Positions 28,052 to 35,969 of a DNA stretch of 59,621 bases are shown here, piece by piece. Made by a program: the position numbers and the translations under genes. The notes beneath the pieces are model-generated. The model ran no database searches and was not told the origin of the DNA. It worked only from the letters and a program-made list of their open reading frames with translations. Every line of letters starts with the position of its first letter. Position 1 is the stretch's first letter. Origin of the DNA: an uncultured Candidatus Saccharibacteria bacterium (GTDB lineage: Bacteria > Patescibacteriota > Minisyncoccia > UBA6257 > GWB1-50-10); NCBI GenBank assembly GCA_964357525.1, contig CAYHLH010000001.1:77719-137339 (forward strand), in the 5' to 3' direction.

Positions 28052-28081
28052 ATGCCCGCTCCAATCGATTGGAGCGGGCAT
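28052..28081. terminator. same palindrome core reused as a bidirectional terminator
   Basis: aaaaatgcccgctccaatcgattggagcgggcatttttt. It shares CGCTCCAATCGATTGGAGCG with 27638-27667. Confidence 0.7.
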
Positions 28082-28188
28082 TTTTTAATTGACCTTCCTA
28101 AACAGACCAAAGTTAATGAAGCTCGCCTGCCCAGTTATAATTTTGCAAAAAACGCAGCGCCAGTTCTTACCGCTTACAGCTTTAAACT

Positions 28189-29265
28189 TTAAAAAATCCT
28201 CCGCACGTCCCCGATTGTCACGAGAACCATGAGTACGAGAAGCAGGAAAAGCCCCGTGAGATTCACGGCAATCTGGAGCTTTCGCGACACCGGACTCCCC
28301 TTCACGCGCTCGATGAGCGCCATCACGATGCGCCCGCCGTCCAGGGCCGGAAACGGGAGGAGATTGAGAACCGCGAGGTTCACGGAGATGAGCGCCAAGA
28401 GATCGAGGAAGTACACGAAGCCGAGCGCCGACGTTTCCTTCGCGACGATGACGATGCCGACGGGACCCGCGATGTTCTCCGTCGCGGTGCCGGGCGAGGT
28501 GAAGAACTTCCACGCCATGTCAAAGAACCCTGCGACCACGAGCTTGCTCACTCCCCAGGTCTTCGCGGCGCCGACGCCGATGCTGTCGAAAAATCCCGAC
28601 GGCGCCGCTCCCACCTCACTGATATAGACCCCCAGGGAACCCTGCCCTTCCGCCGGATTTTCCCTCGCGAGGACGGAGGTTTCCCGCGTCTCATTCCCCC
28701 GCCGGAGCGTGATCGCCACTTCCTTCCCCCTCGAGGACCCGGCCCCCGCAATGAAGGCCCCCGCGTCCACGGGGTCCTTGAGGACGGTCTCGCCGAACCT
28801 CGCCTCGAGGACGATGTCGCCGACCTCGAGGCCCGCTATCTCGGCCGGAGAACCCTCCTGCACCCCGCTCACAACAAGGTGCTCAGGCACGCCCACGAAC
28901 GCGACGCCGCAGAACACGAGGAAACCGAAGAGGAAATTCATGAATACTCCCGCCGCGAGCACGGCGATTTTCTTGCCCACGGGCTGGTTCACAAAGCTGC
29001 TTCCGGGATTCTTTTCCTCCTCGCGGTGCTCCTCATCCGTTTCCTTTTCCTCGCCGTCCTCCCCGAGGATATGCACGAATCCGCCGAACGGCAGGGCGTT
29101 CACGCTGTACACCGTGCCTTTCCTCCTCTTTCCGAAAAGGCGTGGCGGAAATCCGATGCCGAACTCGAGGACCCTAAGCCCGAACGCCTTTGCAACAGAA
29201 AAATGCCCCAGTTCGTGGATGAAGATGAGGAACGAAAGCGCGAGGATGACGAGTACGGTGGTCAT
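28189..29265 (-). CDS. rseP: site-2 protease RseP (M50 zinc metalloprotease with PDZ)
   Basis: HELGHF and NLLPFPALDGG motifs. Confidence 0.88.
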   Translation of the reverse strand: MTTVLVILALSFLIFIHELGHFSVAKAFGLRVLEFGIGFPPRLFGKRRKGTVYSVNALPFGGFVHILGEDGEEKETDEEHREEEKNPGSSFVNQPVGKKIAVLAAGVFMNFLFGFLVFCGVAFVGVPEHLVVSGVQEGSPAEIAGLEVGDIVLEARFGETVLKDPVDAGAFIAGAGSSRGKEVAITLRRGNETRETSVLARENPAEGQGSLGVYISEVGAAPSGFFDSIGVGAAKTWGVSKLVVAGFFDMAWKFFTSPGTATENIAGPVGIVIVAKETSALGFVYFLDLLALISVNLAVLNLLPFPALDGGRIVMALIERVKGSPVSRKLQIAVNLTGLFLLLVLMVLVTIGDVRRIF

Positions 29266-29464
29266 GCCGATTTTATTCGTGAACGCAGTGAACGACTATA
29301 AAATCGAGCACCCCGCACATATTTTGCGGAAATACCATTATTTTTAGAAATGAATTTTCCGAACATTAAAATCTTTTTTCTCATATAAAATTGGGTTAAT
29401 AAAATATGTGCGGGGTAGAGTTTGATATTCAAAAATCTTTCGCTTCTCAGCTCGGATTTTTGAA
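29266..29464 (-). repeat. E1 intercistronic element, copy a (frr | rseP)
   Basis: Hairpin B 29268-29276/29298-29306; IR arms 29310-29325/29401-29416 (perfect 16 bp); hairpin A ~29421-29468. Ends in GGCATG. Confidence 0.8.
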
Positions 29465-30007
29465 TCAAGACTTGATCTCTTTGATCTTCGCCTCGAGCGC
29501 CTTCTCGATTCCATCGTTCGTCTTGTCCACGGCCCTCTGGACACGTTCCTTTTCCGAAAATTTGTCGTCTTCCGTGAGCGCAACGTCGCCCTGCGTCTTC
29601 CGGTTCGCCTCGTCTCTCGCGTGGCGGAGCCGGATGCGGTAGTCTTCCGCGGTCTTCTTCACATGCTTGATGAACTCCGCTCTCCGTTCCGCCGAAAGCT
29701 CGGGAAGGTGGATGCGGACCACATTCCCCTGGACCTGCGGGGAAAGCTTCAAGGTCGAGGTCTCTACTGCCTTTGCGACCGCGGAAACCGCGCCCTTGTC
29801 CCACACCTGGATGTTGATCTCCCTTGGGAGCGCGATGCTCACGGAACTCATGTGCTTCAGGGGCGTCTGCTGCCCGTAATAGTCCACCACAATGCCTTCC
29901 ACGAGTGCCGCCGACGGCCGGTTGGTCCTGACGCCCGAAAGCTCGCGCTTGAGGTCCGCAAGGATGCGGTCTGCCTCCGATTCAAAAGAAGATTCCATGG
30001 CGTTCAT
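29465..30007 (-). CDS. frr: ribosome recycling factor
   Basis: 180 aa. LSGVRTNRPSAALVEGIVVDYYG pattern. Confidence 0.93.
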   Translation of the reverse strand: MNAMESSFESEADRILADLKRELSGVRTNRPSAALVEGIVVDYYGQQTPLKHMSSVSIALPREINIQVWDKGAVSAVAKAVETSTLKLSPQVQGNVVRIHLPELSAERRAEFIKHVKKTAEDYRIRLRHARDEANRKTQGDVALTEDDKFSEKERVQRAVDKTNDGIEKALEAKIKEIKS

Positions 30008-30017
30008 TGTAAACGAA

Positions 30018-30809
30018 TTACCGGCGCTCTAACAGATAGCGGAACGCTTTTTCCTGCACGCGCTCGTTCAGGTTGTACCGCGCGAGAAGCTCCTGCATCC
30101 GCAGGAGGCGCGCGAGAAGGGACGAATTAGCCACCACGTCCCTTTCCCGCAGTGCCGCGATGGCCTCACTCACCGTCCCCGCGAGGCCTTCGGCCTTTTT
30201 CCTTTTCTTATCCGCGAGGAGCGCGAGCGCGCGCCCTATGCTGCCGTAGGACCTTTCCGCGACGGCTTTCGCCCTCTCGCGCGGCGCGCCGCGCTCGTGG
30301 ACGAGGAAATCCGCGAGCTCCGCCTCCCTCATGCGGGGGAAATAGACCTTGAGGAGCCTCGACGCGAGCGGCGGGAAAAGCGACTCTGGAGCGCGCGCGG
30401 TGAGGATGATGAGCGACGAGGAAGGCGGCTCTTCGACGACCTTCAGGCACGCCGCCTGCGCTTGGGGCGTCAAAGATTCCCCTCCTCGGATGATGAGGGT
30501 TCTCCGCGGGGAGCGGAGCGGGCGCTGCGAGAGGAAATTCTTGACGGTCCTCACCGCATCCACGGAGATCTTCCCGTCATCGTCGGGAAAAAGCACCTCG
30601 GCGTCGATGAGCGGTTTTCTCGATTCGGAAAATTCCCCTTCCTCGAGGAACCGCGCGAAAAGGGACGCGAACGTCAGTTTCCCGACTCCCTCGTCCCCGA
30701 AAAAGAGATAGGCGTGCTTCAGGTTGCCCGACGCGGCGAGTGCCGAAAAAAAATCCCGCTTCTCCCCGAAAAGCGGAAAATGGATCGATGCCTTTTGCTT
30801 GGAGGGCAT
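30018..30809 (-). CDS. holB: DNA polymerase III delta-prime subunit-like clamp-loader protein
   Basis: 263 aa. HAYLFFGDEGVGKLTFA P-loop-like N-terminus, AAA+ layout. Confidence 0.7.
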   Translation of the reverse strand: MPSKQKASIHFPLFGEKRDFFSALAASGNLKHAYLFFGDEGVGKLTFASLFARFLEEGEFSESRKPLIDAEVLFPDDDGKISVDAVRTVKNFLSQRPLRSPRRTLIIRGGESLTPQAQAACLKVVEEPPSSSLIILTARAPESLFPPLASRLLKVYFPRMREAELADFLVHERGAPRERAKAVAERSYGSIGRALALLADKKRKKAEGLAGTVSEAIAALRERDVVANSSLLARLLRMQELLARYNLNERVQEKAFRYLLERR

Positions 30810-30818
30810 TGGCCGGAA

Positions 30819-31829
30819 TTATTGCCTTTTATTTAGCAGGGTCCGCTTGTAGGTGTCCAAATGGTTCAAGACCGTCGCGGTTCCCCTCGCGACGCAGAGT
30901 ATGGGGCTTTCCGCGCGGTAAGCGCTTACCCCGAGGCTGCGCTTGAAGAATTCGTCGATCTCCCTGAGCTGGGCCGATCCGCCCGAGAGGATTATGCCCT
31001 TTTCCATGATATCCGCGGCAAGCTCGGGGGGCGTCACGTTGAACACCACCTGCACCGAATTCACGATGTCCACGAGGTACGGGTTCACCGCTTCCGCGAT
31101 CTCATTGGAGTTGATGACGAGGTCCTTCGGAAGTCCGCTCGAAAGGTCCCTCCCGCGTATCTTCATTTCCAGCTTGTTCTTGCTTGGGATGGCCGTCCCT
31201 ATCTGGATCTTCACGTTCTCCGCGGTCCCCTCGCCGATGGCGAGGCCGTATTTTTTCTTGACATAGTCCATGATTGCCTGATCGAAACGGTTTCCTGCGA
31301 CGCGGAGCGAATTCCACGCGACTATGCCTCCAAGGGAAATCACAGCTACCTCGGTCGTTCCCCCTCCTACATTCACAATCATATTCCCCTCCGAAGAGTG
31401 GATTGGTATTCCGGCACCGAGAGAGGCCAATAACGGCTCTTTTACCAAATAAACCTCCCTAGCGCCCGCCTCCTTCGCCGCGTTCATAACGGCGCGGTAC
31501 TCGGTGGACGTAATGCCCGCGGGGACGGAAATAACGACTTCGGGCTTCCAGAGGTTGAACGAGCCTATGCTTTTCGAGATGAAATAGTCAAGCATCGCCT
31601 TCGTCACGTAGTAATCGGCTATGACGCCGTCTTTAAGAGGCTTGTACGTCACAATATTGTCCGGAGTGCGTCCCACCATTTCCTTCGCCTCAGCGCCGAC
31701 GGCGAGGACGATATTGCCGGGCTTCTGGAGTGCGACAACCGTTGGCTCGTTGATTACGATGCCCTTATCGGGCAAAAAAACGAGCGTATTAGTCGTTCCC
31801 AAATCTATGCCGATTTTGCGTACAAACAT
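30819..31829 (-). CDS. MreB/Mbl paralog
   Basis: Start at [15 protein letters not shown]. Full actin fold. This is the second MreB in the window. Confidence 0.9.
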   Translation of the reverse strand: MFVRKIGIDLGTTNTLVFLPDKGIVINEPTVVALQKPGNIVLAVGAEAKEMVGRTPDNIVTYKPLKDGVIADYYVTKAMLDYFISKSIGSFNLWKPEVVISVPAGITSTEYRAVMNAAKEAGAREVYLVKEPLLASLGAGIPIHSSEGNMIVNVGGGTTEVAVISLGGIVAWNSLRVAGNRFDQAIMDYVKKKYGLAIGEGTAENVKIQIGTAIPSKNKLEMKIRGRDLSSGLPKDLVINSNEIAEAVNPYLVDIVNSVQVVFNVTPPELAADIMEKGIILSGGSAQLREIDEFFKRSLGVSAYRAESPILCVARGTATVLNHLDTYKRTLLNKRQ

Positions 31830-31840
31830 GTACCCCAACT

Positions 31841-32092
31841 CTAATACGGAATTTCTGCGGGGGCAAGAATCGCTCTTTTGAGCTTCCTCGCGTTCCCGTG
31901 CGAGAGAAGCCCGAGATATGACTGCAGGGTTTGGTCGGTTGGGTATTTACGAACGCGCTTGATGTCGCAAAATTCTTTCTTCAAATCGCATGGGAAACGC
32001 GAGCGCTCGACAGCAAGAAATGCGCTTTGATTTCCGAACCACTCGACGAGGCTGGGCGAATGCTGGGTGGCTGGTTGCGGCAACTCGCTCAA
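31841..32092 (-). pseudogene. degenerate remnant of the WFD..RFLAVR domain gene family
   Basis: The 83-aa ORF contains EWFGNQSAFLAVERS, resembling the C-terminal NWFDNDWNDKYRFLAVRNS of the upstream paralog. No other support. Confidence 0.3.
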
Positions 32093-32325
32093 AGAAATCC
32101 CGCCGGGGAAGGAGGGATGAACACATAAAGAGAGTTTCGCACAGCCAGAAAGCGATATTTGTCATTCCAGTCATTGTCGAACCAATTCAGATTGAGCTTG
32201 CGTCTGTTGTCATCATAGTTCAGAACCGCAACGTTCCGATCGCCATTCGGGTTCTGCCACACCGAACCGATAACGTACCACACACCGCCTAGACCACCAT
32301 CCCTTGAATGCTCTCGGGATTGCAT
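32089..32325 (-). CDS. small protein consisting of the WFD..RFLAVR domain
   Basis: GSVWQNPNGDRNVAVLNYDDNRRKLNLNWFDNDWNDKYRFLAVR. Nucleotides 32138-32271 are highly similar to 32603-32735. Confidence 0.45.
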   Translation of the reverse strand: MQSREHSRDGGLGGVWYVIGSVWQNPNGDRNVAVLNYDDNRRKLNLNWFDNDWNDKYRFLAVRNSLYVFIPPSPAGFL

Positions 32326-32512
32326 CGAATTCGGAATCTCAAATTCCCTAGTGCGAGGCACCAAGTATCTTTATGTGTTTGGAAATTTCAAGGCGACGCT
32401 AAGCCAAAGCGTACCCGGGCTTATTCTGCGCGGAGAAATTTCGGAATTCGATCGCCTGAAACCGTGGCCGCAGGCAAACCAATCTACTATCCGTTTGTTA
32501 TTATAACAAAAA

Positions 32513-32540
32513 AATCCGTGCGAAATACTTCGCACGGATT
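32513..32540 (-). terminator. intrinsic terminator of 32596..33204
   Basis: aatccgtgcgaa-gtat-ttcgcacggatt followed by a T-run (minus sense). Confidence 0.75.
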
Positions 32541-32595
32541 ATTAAAGTCAAAGTGACCAAGGGTCTAAGAAAATAAAATTCCAAGTCAAAAATCG

Positions 32596-33204
32596 TTACT
32601 TGCGCACAGCCAGAAAGCGATCCTCGTCACCCCAGACACCGTCGAACCAATACAGATTGAGCTTGCGTCTGCTGTCACCATAGTCCAGAACCGCAACGAA
32701 CCGACCGCCATCCGGGTCCTGCCACACCGAACCGATGGCAATAACTGGAAACTCTTTTTGAAGTTCCGGTTTTGCTTCCCCTAATGCGAGCAGTTCGTGT
32801 ATGTTTCCGGGTCGGTATCCTTCCTTTTCCATTTCTTTGATTGCATCATCTGACGAGATGCTACGGTTGAAGTGGAATAACTTATACTCCGCGTCGTAAT
32901 CGGCGGGAACGGTCTCCGGGAAATTCTTATCGTTGATGTCGCTATTTGTCCAATCATATTTCCCCTTCTTGATTCTTTCGTTGAGGGAAAGACCTGCGAC
33001 GATATGAAGAATGTTTTCTTTCACTGTTTTTACCGTGTTAACGATGAGTTCGGCAAACTTATCTACAAGCTTTGAATTCGATTTCAAAGCGTTATAAATA
33101 TCTTCTTCGTTTCCACCGCGTTTTTGGATGGCTTTTACGAGGCAAGTGGTAAATTGAACGAAGAAAATTCCTCCGCTGACCATTGATGACTTTTTGAATG
33201 TCAT
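32596..33204 (-). CDS. hypothetical protein with C-terminal WFD..RFLAVR domain
   Basis: 202 aa. AAGGAG 8 nt upstream of the ATG. C-terminus GSVWQDPDGGRFVAVLDYGDSRRKLNLYWFDGVWGDEDRFLAVRK. Confidence 0.55.
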   Translation of the reverse strand: MTFKKSSMVSGGIFFVQFTTCLVKAIQKRGGNEEDIYNALKSNSKLVDKFAELIVNTVKTVKENILHIVAGLSLNERIKKGKYDWTNSDINDKNFPETVPADYDAEYKLFHFNRSISSDDAIKEMEKEGYRPGNIHELLALGEAKPELQKEFPVIAIGSVWQDPDGGRFVAVLDYGDSRRKLNLYWFDGVWGDEDRFLAVRK

Positions 33205-33330
33205 TGTAATTACTCCTTATTTTGCCCTTCGCTCGTTCTATTTGAGTTTCGGACGTTTTTAATTATCAGCAATGACGCTGACTTCTTTAAGTATAGCATA
33301 TTATAATAGAAAAGTCAACCTCTCGCTCTT

Positions 33331-33360
33331 TTGTCAAGGGGGAGGGATAAGACCTATAAT
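33331..33360 (+). promoter_or_regulatory. promoter of the GIY-YIG gene (leaderless layout)
   Basis: TTGTCA-18 nt-TATAAT, then 6 nt, then the ATG at 33367. Confidence 0.7.
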
Positions 33361-33366
33361 TGAGCC

Positions 33367-33678
33367 ATGCCCAGTAATACAACTTCCAGAGTGCACTTCC
33401 ACTATATTTATGTACTGGAAAGCATGAAAGATGGAAATCGCTACATTGGCTATACCGCTCACTTGAAAGAAAGGATGGAAGCGCACGAAAAAGGCAAGTC
33501 ATTTTCCACTGCACCCCGCAGGCCTTTTTGTCTTGTCTATTTTGAAGGATGCACGAACGAAAAAGACGCCAGACGCAGGGAGCATTATTTAAAGACAACC
33601 CAAGGTCGCAGGTTTTTAGGATTACGGCTTCAGGAACGCCAGCGTGCGAAGAAAGCGTCTGGCGTCACTGGAAGTTGA
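33367..33678 (+). CDS. GIY-YIG nuclease-family protein (UPF0213-like)
   Basis: 103 aa. YIYVLES..GNRYIGYT...R...H motif order of the GIY-YIG domain. Confidence 0.8.
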   Translation: MPSNTTSRVHFHYIYVLESMKDGNRYIGYTAHLKERMEAHEKGKSFSTAPRRPFCLVYFEGCTNEKDARRREHYLKTTQGRRFLGLRLQERQRAKKASGVTGS

Positions 33679-33688
33679 TATACTGGGG

Positions 33689-35044
33689 ATGCACATAACC
33701 CTCCGGCGTCTCCTTTTCTGGCTTTTCTTCCTCGCCTTCTTCGCGGTAGGGACGCTTTTAATCGTGAAAACACAAGGATTCGTCATTGATTGGGAAAATC
33801 TCGCGCTCGTGAAGACCGGCGGGATATTCATCAAGGCATTGCCTTCCGACAGCAGACTTTTTCTCGATGGAGAGCCGTACAAAAAGCCCGCTTCGCTCTG
33901 GAACAGCGGCATCCTCGTCAAAGACCTCCTCCCGAAAACATATACGGTTCGGGTGGAGCGCGACGGACGCTACCCGTGGGAGAAAACTCTTGTCGTCTCG
34001 CCGGGGCTCGTCGCTTCCGCGAGCGCCATCCGCCTCTTCGAGAAGGAACCCGAGATGACGCCCATCTCGTCGCGCATCCTCGAGGATTTCTGGCTCGTGA
34101 AGGGGGGGATAGTGGAAAAATCGGGAGGTAAACTGCACTTCGGCGGCGCCTTGATTCGCGGAAGCGGCGTGCTTGAGGCGCTCCCGGACCGGAGCGAGCT
34201 CATTACGACCGACAAAGACCTGAATTTCTTCTTCGTCTCGCTCTCCGACCCGGAAACGGCGACGAATCTCCGCACGCTTTTCGCTTCCCTCGCGCAAACC
34301 CGCGGGTTTTTGAAAAGGAACGTCCGCGTGGAGAGCGTTGCGCTCCACCCGTTTTCGCCCTCCGCGGTCGTCGTGCGGTACGACACGGGTGTTTTCCTTA
34401 TGGACGTGAAAAAGCTCGAACTACAGAAAATAGCGGAAAATGCCGGAAAAGGGGCCCTTTTCACGGCCTCAAACGAGGCATATTGGGTGACCTCCTCGAG
34501 CATATCCGCCTACAATCTCCTTTTGGGCGTCCTTTCCGATATCCCCCTTTCTCCACTGGCCGACCCGCGGTCCTTCAGGACCGACCGGGGGGGGTCGATT
34601 TTCTTCTACAAAAGCGGCTCCGGAACGCTCTACGCTTTTGGCAGGACCAACGCCTCCTCGACGGAGATCGCGGCGCGCGTCCTCGATTTCTCGCTCTCCG
34701 ATGACGAAAAGCTGCTCTTTATCGTCCAGAACGACGGTCACGCGCTTTTTCATTATCTCGCGGAGGGCACGGGAGACGTGAACGTTCCCAAGGGGGTTTC
34801 CCGTTCGTTCCCCCTTCCGAAAAGATTCTCCGCTCCATCGGCCGACGTCGTGTGGGCGTCCGGCATTCCATTTCACCTCTTCTTCGTGAAGGAAGGAACG
34901 CTCGTCGGTGCGGAGACCGACATTCGCGCTCCGGTTGCCGCATACCCGCTCGCGGAGGGCGTGGTGAAAGCCGCATACCGCGACCGGAAATTCGTCATTC
35001 TCACTGACGACGGGACGCTTACGGAGCTTTCCTTGGAGTTCTAA
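33689..35044 (+). CDS. membrane-anchored PEGA-domain protein
   Basis: Start at MHITLRRLLFWLFFLAFFAV. PEGA-like segment ALPSDSRLFLDGEPY...YTVRVERDGRYPWEK. Confidence 0.6.
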   Translation: MHITLRRLLFWLFFLAFFAVGTLLIVKTQGFVIDWENLALVKTGGIFIKALPSDSRLFLDGEPYKKPASLWNSGILVKDLLPKTYTVRVERDGRYPWEKTLVVSPGLVASASAIRLFEKEPEMTPISSRILEDFWLVKGGIVEKSGGKLHFGGALIRGSGVLEALPDRSELITTDKDLNFFFVSLSDPETATNLRTLFASLAQTRGFLKRNVRVESVALHPFSPSAVVVRYDTGVFLMDVKKLELQKIAENAGKGALFTASNEAYWVTSSSISAYNLLLGVLSDIPLSPLADPRSFRTDRGGSIFFYKSGSGTLYAFGRTNASSTEIAARVLDFSLSDDEKLLFIVQNDGHALFHYLAEGTGDVNVPKGVSRSFPLPKRFSAPSADVVWASGIPFHLFFVKEGTLVGAETDIRAPVAAYPLAEGVVKAAYRDRKFVILTDDGTLTELSLEF

Positions 35045-35388
35045 CGAACCTCGCTCCCCGGCGGAACGTCGCGGTCGGGCGAAAGAAGTGACGGCTCGTC
35101 CGACGCGGCGAGCAGCATCCCCTGACTTTCCAAACCCACTTGCCCTGAGTCGGATCGAAGGGTGAACATGCGCGGCGCGAGATTCGCGACGACGACAACG
35201 GACCTCCCAACGAGCTCTTCGGGAGGATAGGACTTTCTTATGCCAGCGATTATTTGGCGTGTCCCGCTCCCGATATCGACGATTAGTTTTACCAGTTTCT
35301 CCGAGCCGGGAACCTCTTCGGCAGAGATGATTTTCCCCACGCGCAGGTCAGCTTTTTTGAAATCATCAAAAGAAACGATCTCCGCCAT
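35041..35388 (-). CDS. tRNA-binding domain protein (CsaA/YgjH, EMAP-II-like OB fold)
   Basis: 115 aa. FKKADLRVGKIISAEEVPGSEKLVKL and VVVVANLAPR. Confidence 0.8.
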   Translation of the reverse strand: MAEIVSFDDFKKADLRVGKIISAEEVPGSEKLVKLIVDIGSGTRQIIAGIRKSYPPEELVGRSVVVVANLAPRMFTLRSDSGQVGLESQGMLLAASDEPSLLSPDRDVPPGSEVR

Positions 35389-35415
35389 TTTAATACAGAA
35401 AAATAAAAACTGTTT

Positions 35416-35670
35416 TTACGCGACTGTCCCCTCGTGCGTCGTGGAAATACCGAACAGCGAGTAAAAAAAGCATTTTCGGAGCATCGACGTGATGATGAGA
35501 TAGAGCCCAAGTACGAACGAGATCGCGGAAACGACGAGACCGGAAGGATAGTTAGCCGCGGCGACCCAGACGAGGAAAAGACCCAGCACGCCGCGTACGA
35601 TCATGTCGCCGACACCGATGTTTTTCTTCATTGCCATAGGAACCGAAACGACCTTTAATTTGTATTTCAT
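35416..35670 (-). CDS. YgaP-like small membrane protein (DUF2892-like)
   Basis: 84 aa, two TM helices, R.V.G pattern. Confidence 0.55.
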   Translation of the reverse strand: MKYKLKVVSVPMAMKKNIGVGDMIVRGVLGLFLVWVAAANYPSGLVVSAISFVLGLYLIITSMLRKCFFYSLFGISTTHEGTVA

Positions 35671-35731
35671 TATCTCGCGAAGCGAGGGAAATGTAAAATC
35701 TTATTTTACATTTCCGAGCAAGCGACGATAA
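35670..35731 (+). repeat. F2 hairpin element
   Basis: TTATC..-CGAAGCGAGGG-AAATGTAAAAT/ATTTTACATTT-CCGAGCAAGCGAC-GATAA. Confidence 0.75.
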
Positions 35732-35744
35732 CAGAGGATAAAAA

Positions 35745-35767
35745 GGTCCCCTCTTTCGGAGGGGACC
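35745..35767 (-). terminator. GC-rich hairpin after the small basic ORF
   Basis: GGTCCCCTCC-GAAA-GAGGGGACC (minus sense). Confidence 0.65.
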
Positions 35768-35783
35768 TGGGAAGATGTCAGGC

Positions 35784-35885
35784 CTATCTTCTTCTCTTCC
35801 TTTTCGGAGCCGCTTTCTTCGTGGTCTTTCTCTTCTTCGCCTTCCTTTTCGGCTTCGCGGCGGATTTCGTCTTTTTCTTTGCCAT
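35784..35885 (-). CDS. candidate 33-aa highly basic protein (not in the ORF track)
   Basis: ATG..TAG encoding MAKKKTKSAAKPKRKAKKRKTTKKAAPKRKRRR, followed at 16 nt by a strong hairpin. Confidence 0.35.
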   Translation of the reverse strand: MAKKKTKSAAKPKRKAKKRKTTKKAAPKRKRRR

Positions 35886-35969
35886 GTGATTTTCTATTAC
35901 ATTCTATGAAGTACGACCTTTTATAAGATGTGGGTGAACAAAAAATTGGGGATGGCGGCTTTCGCCTTG

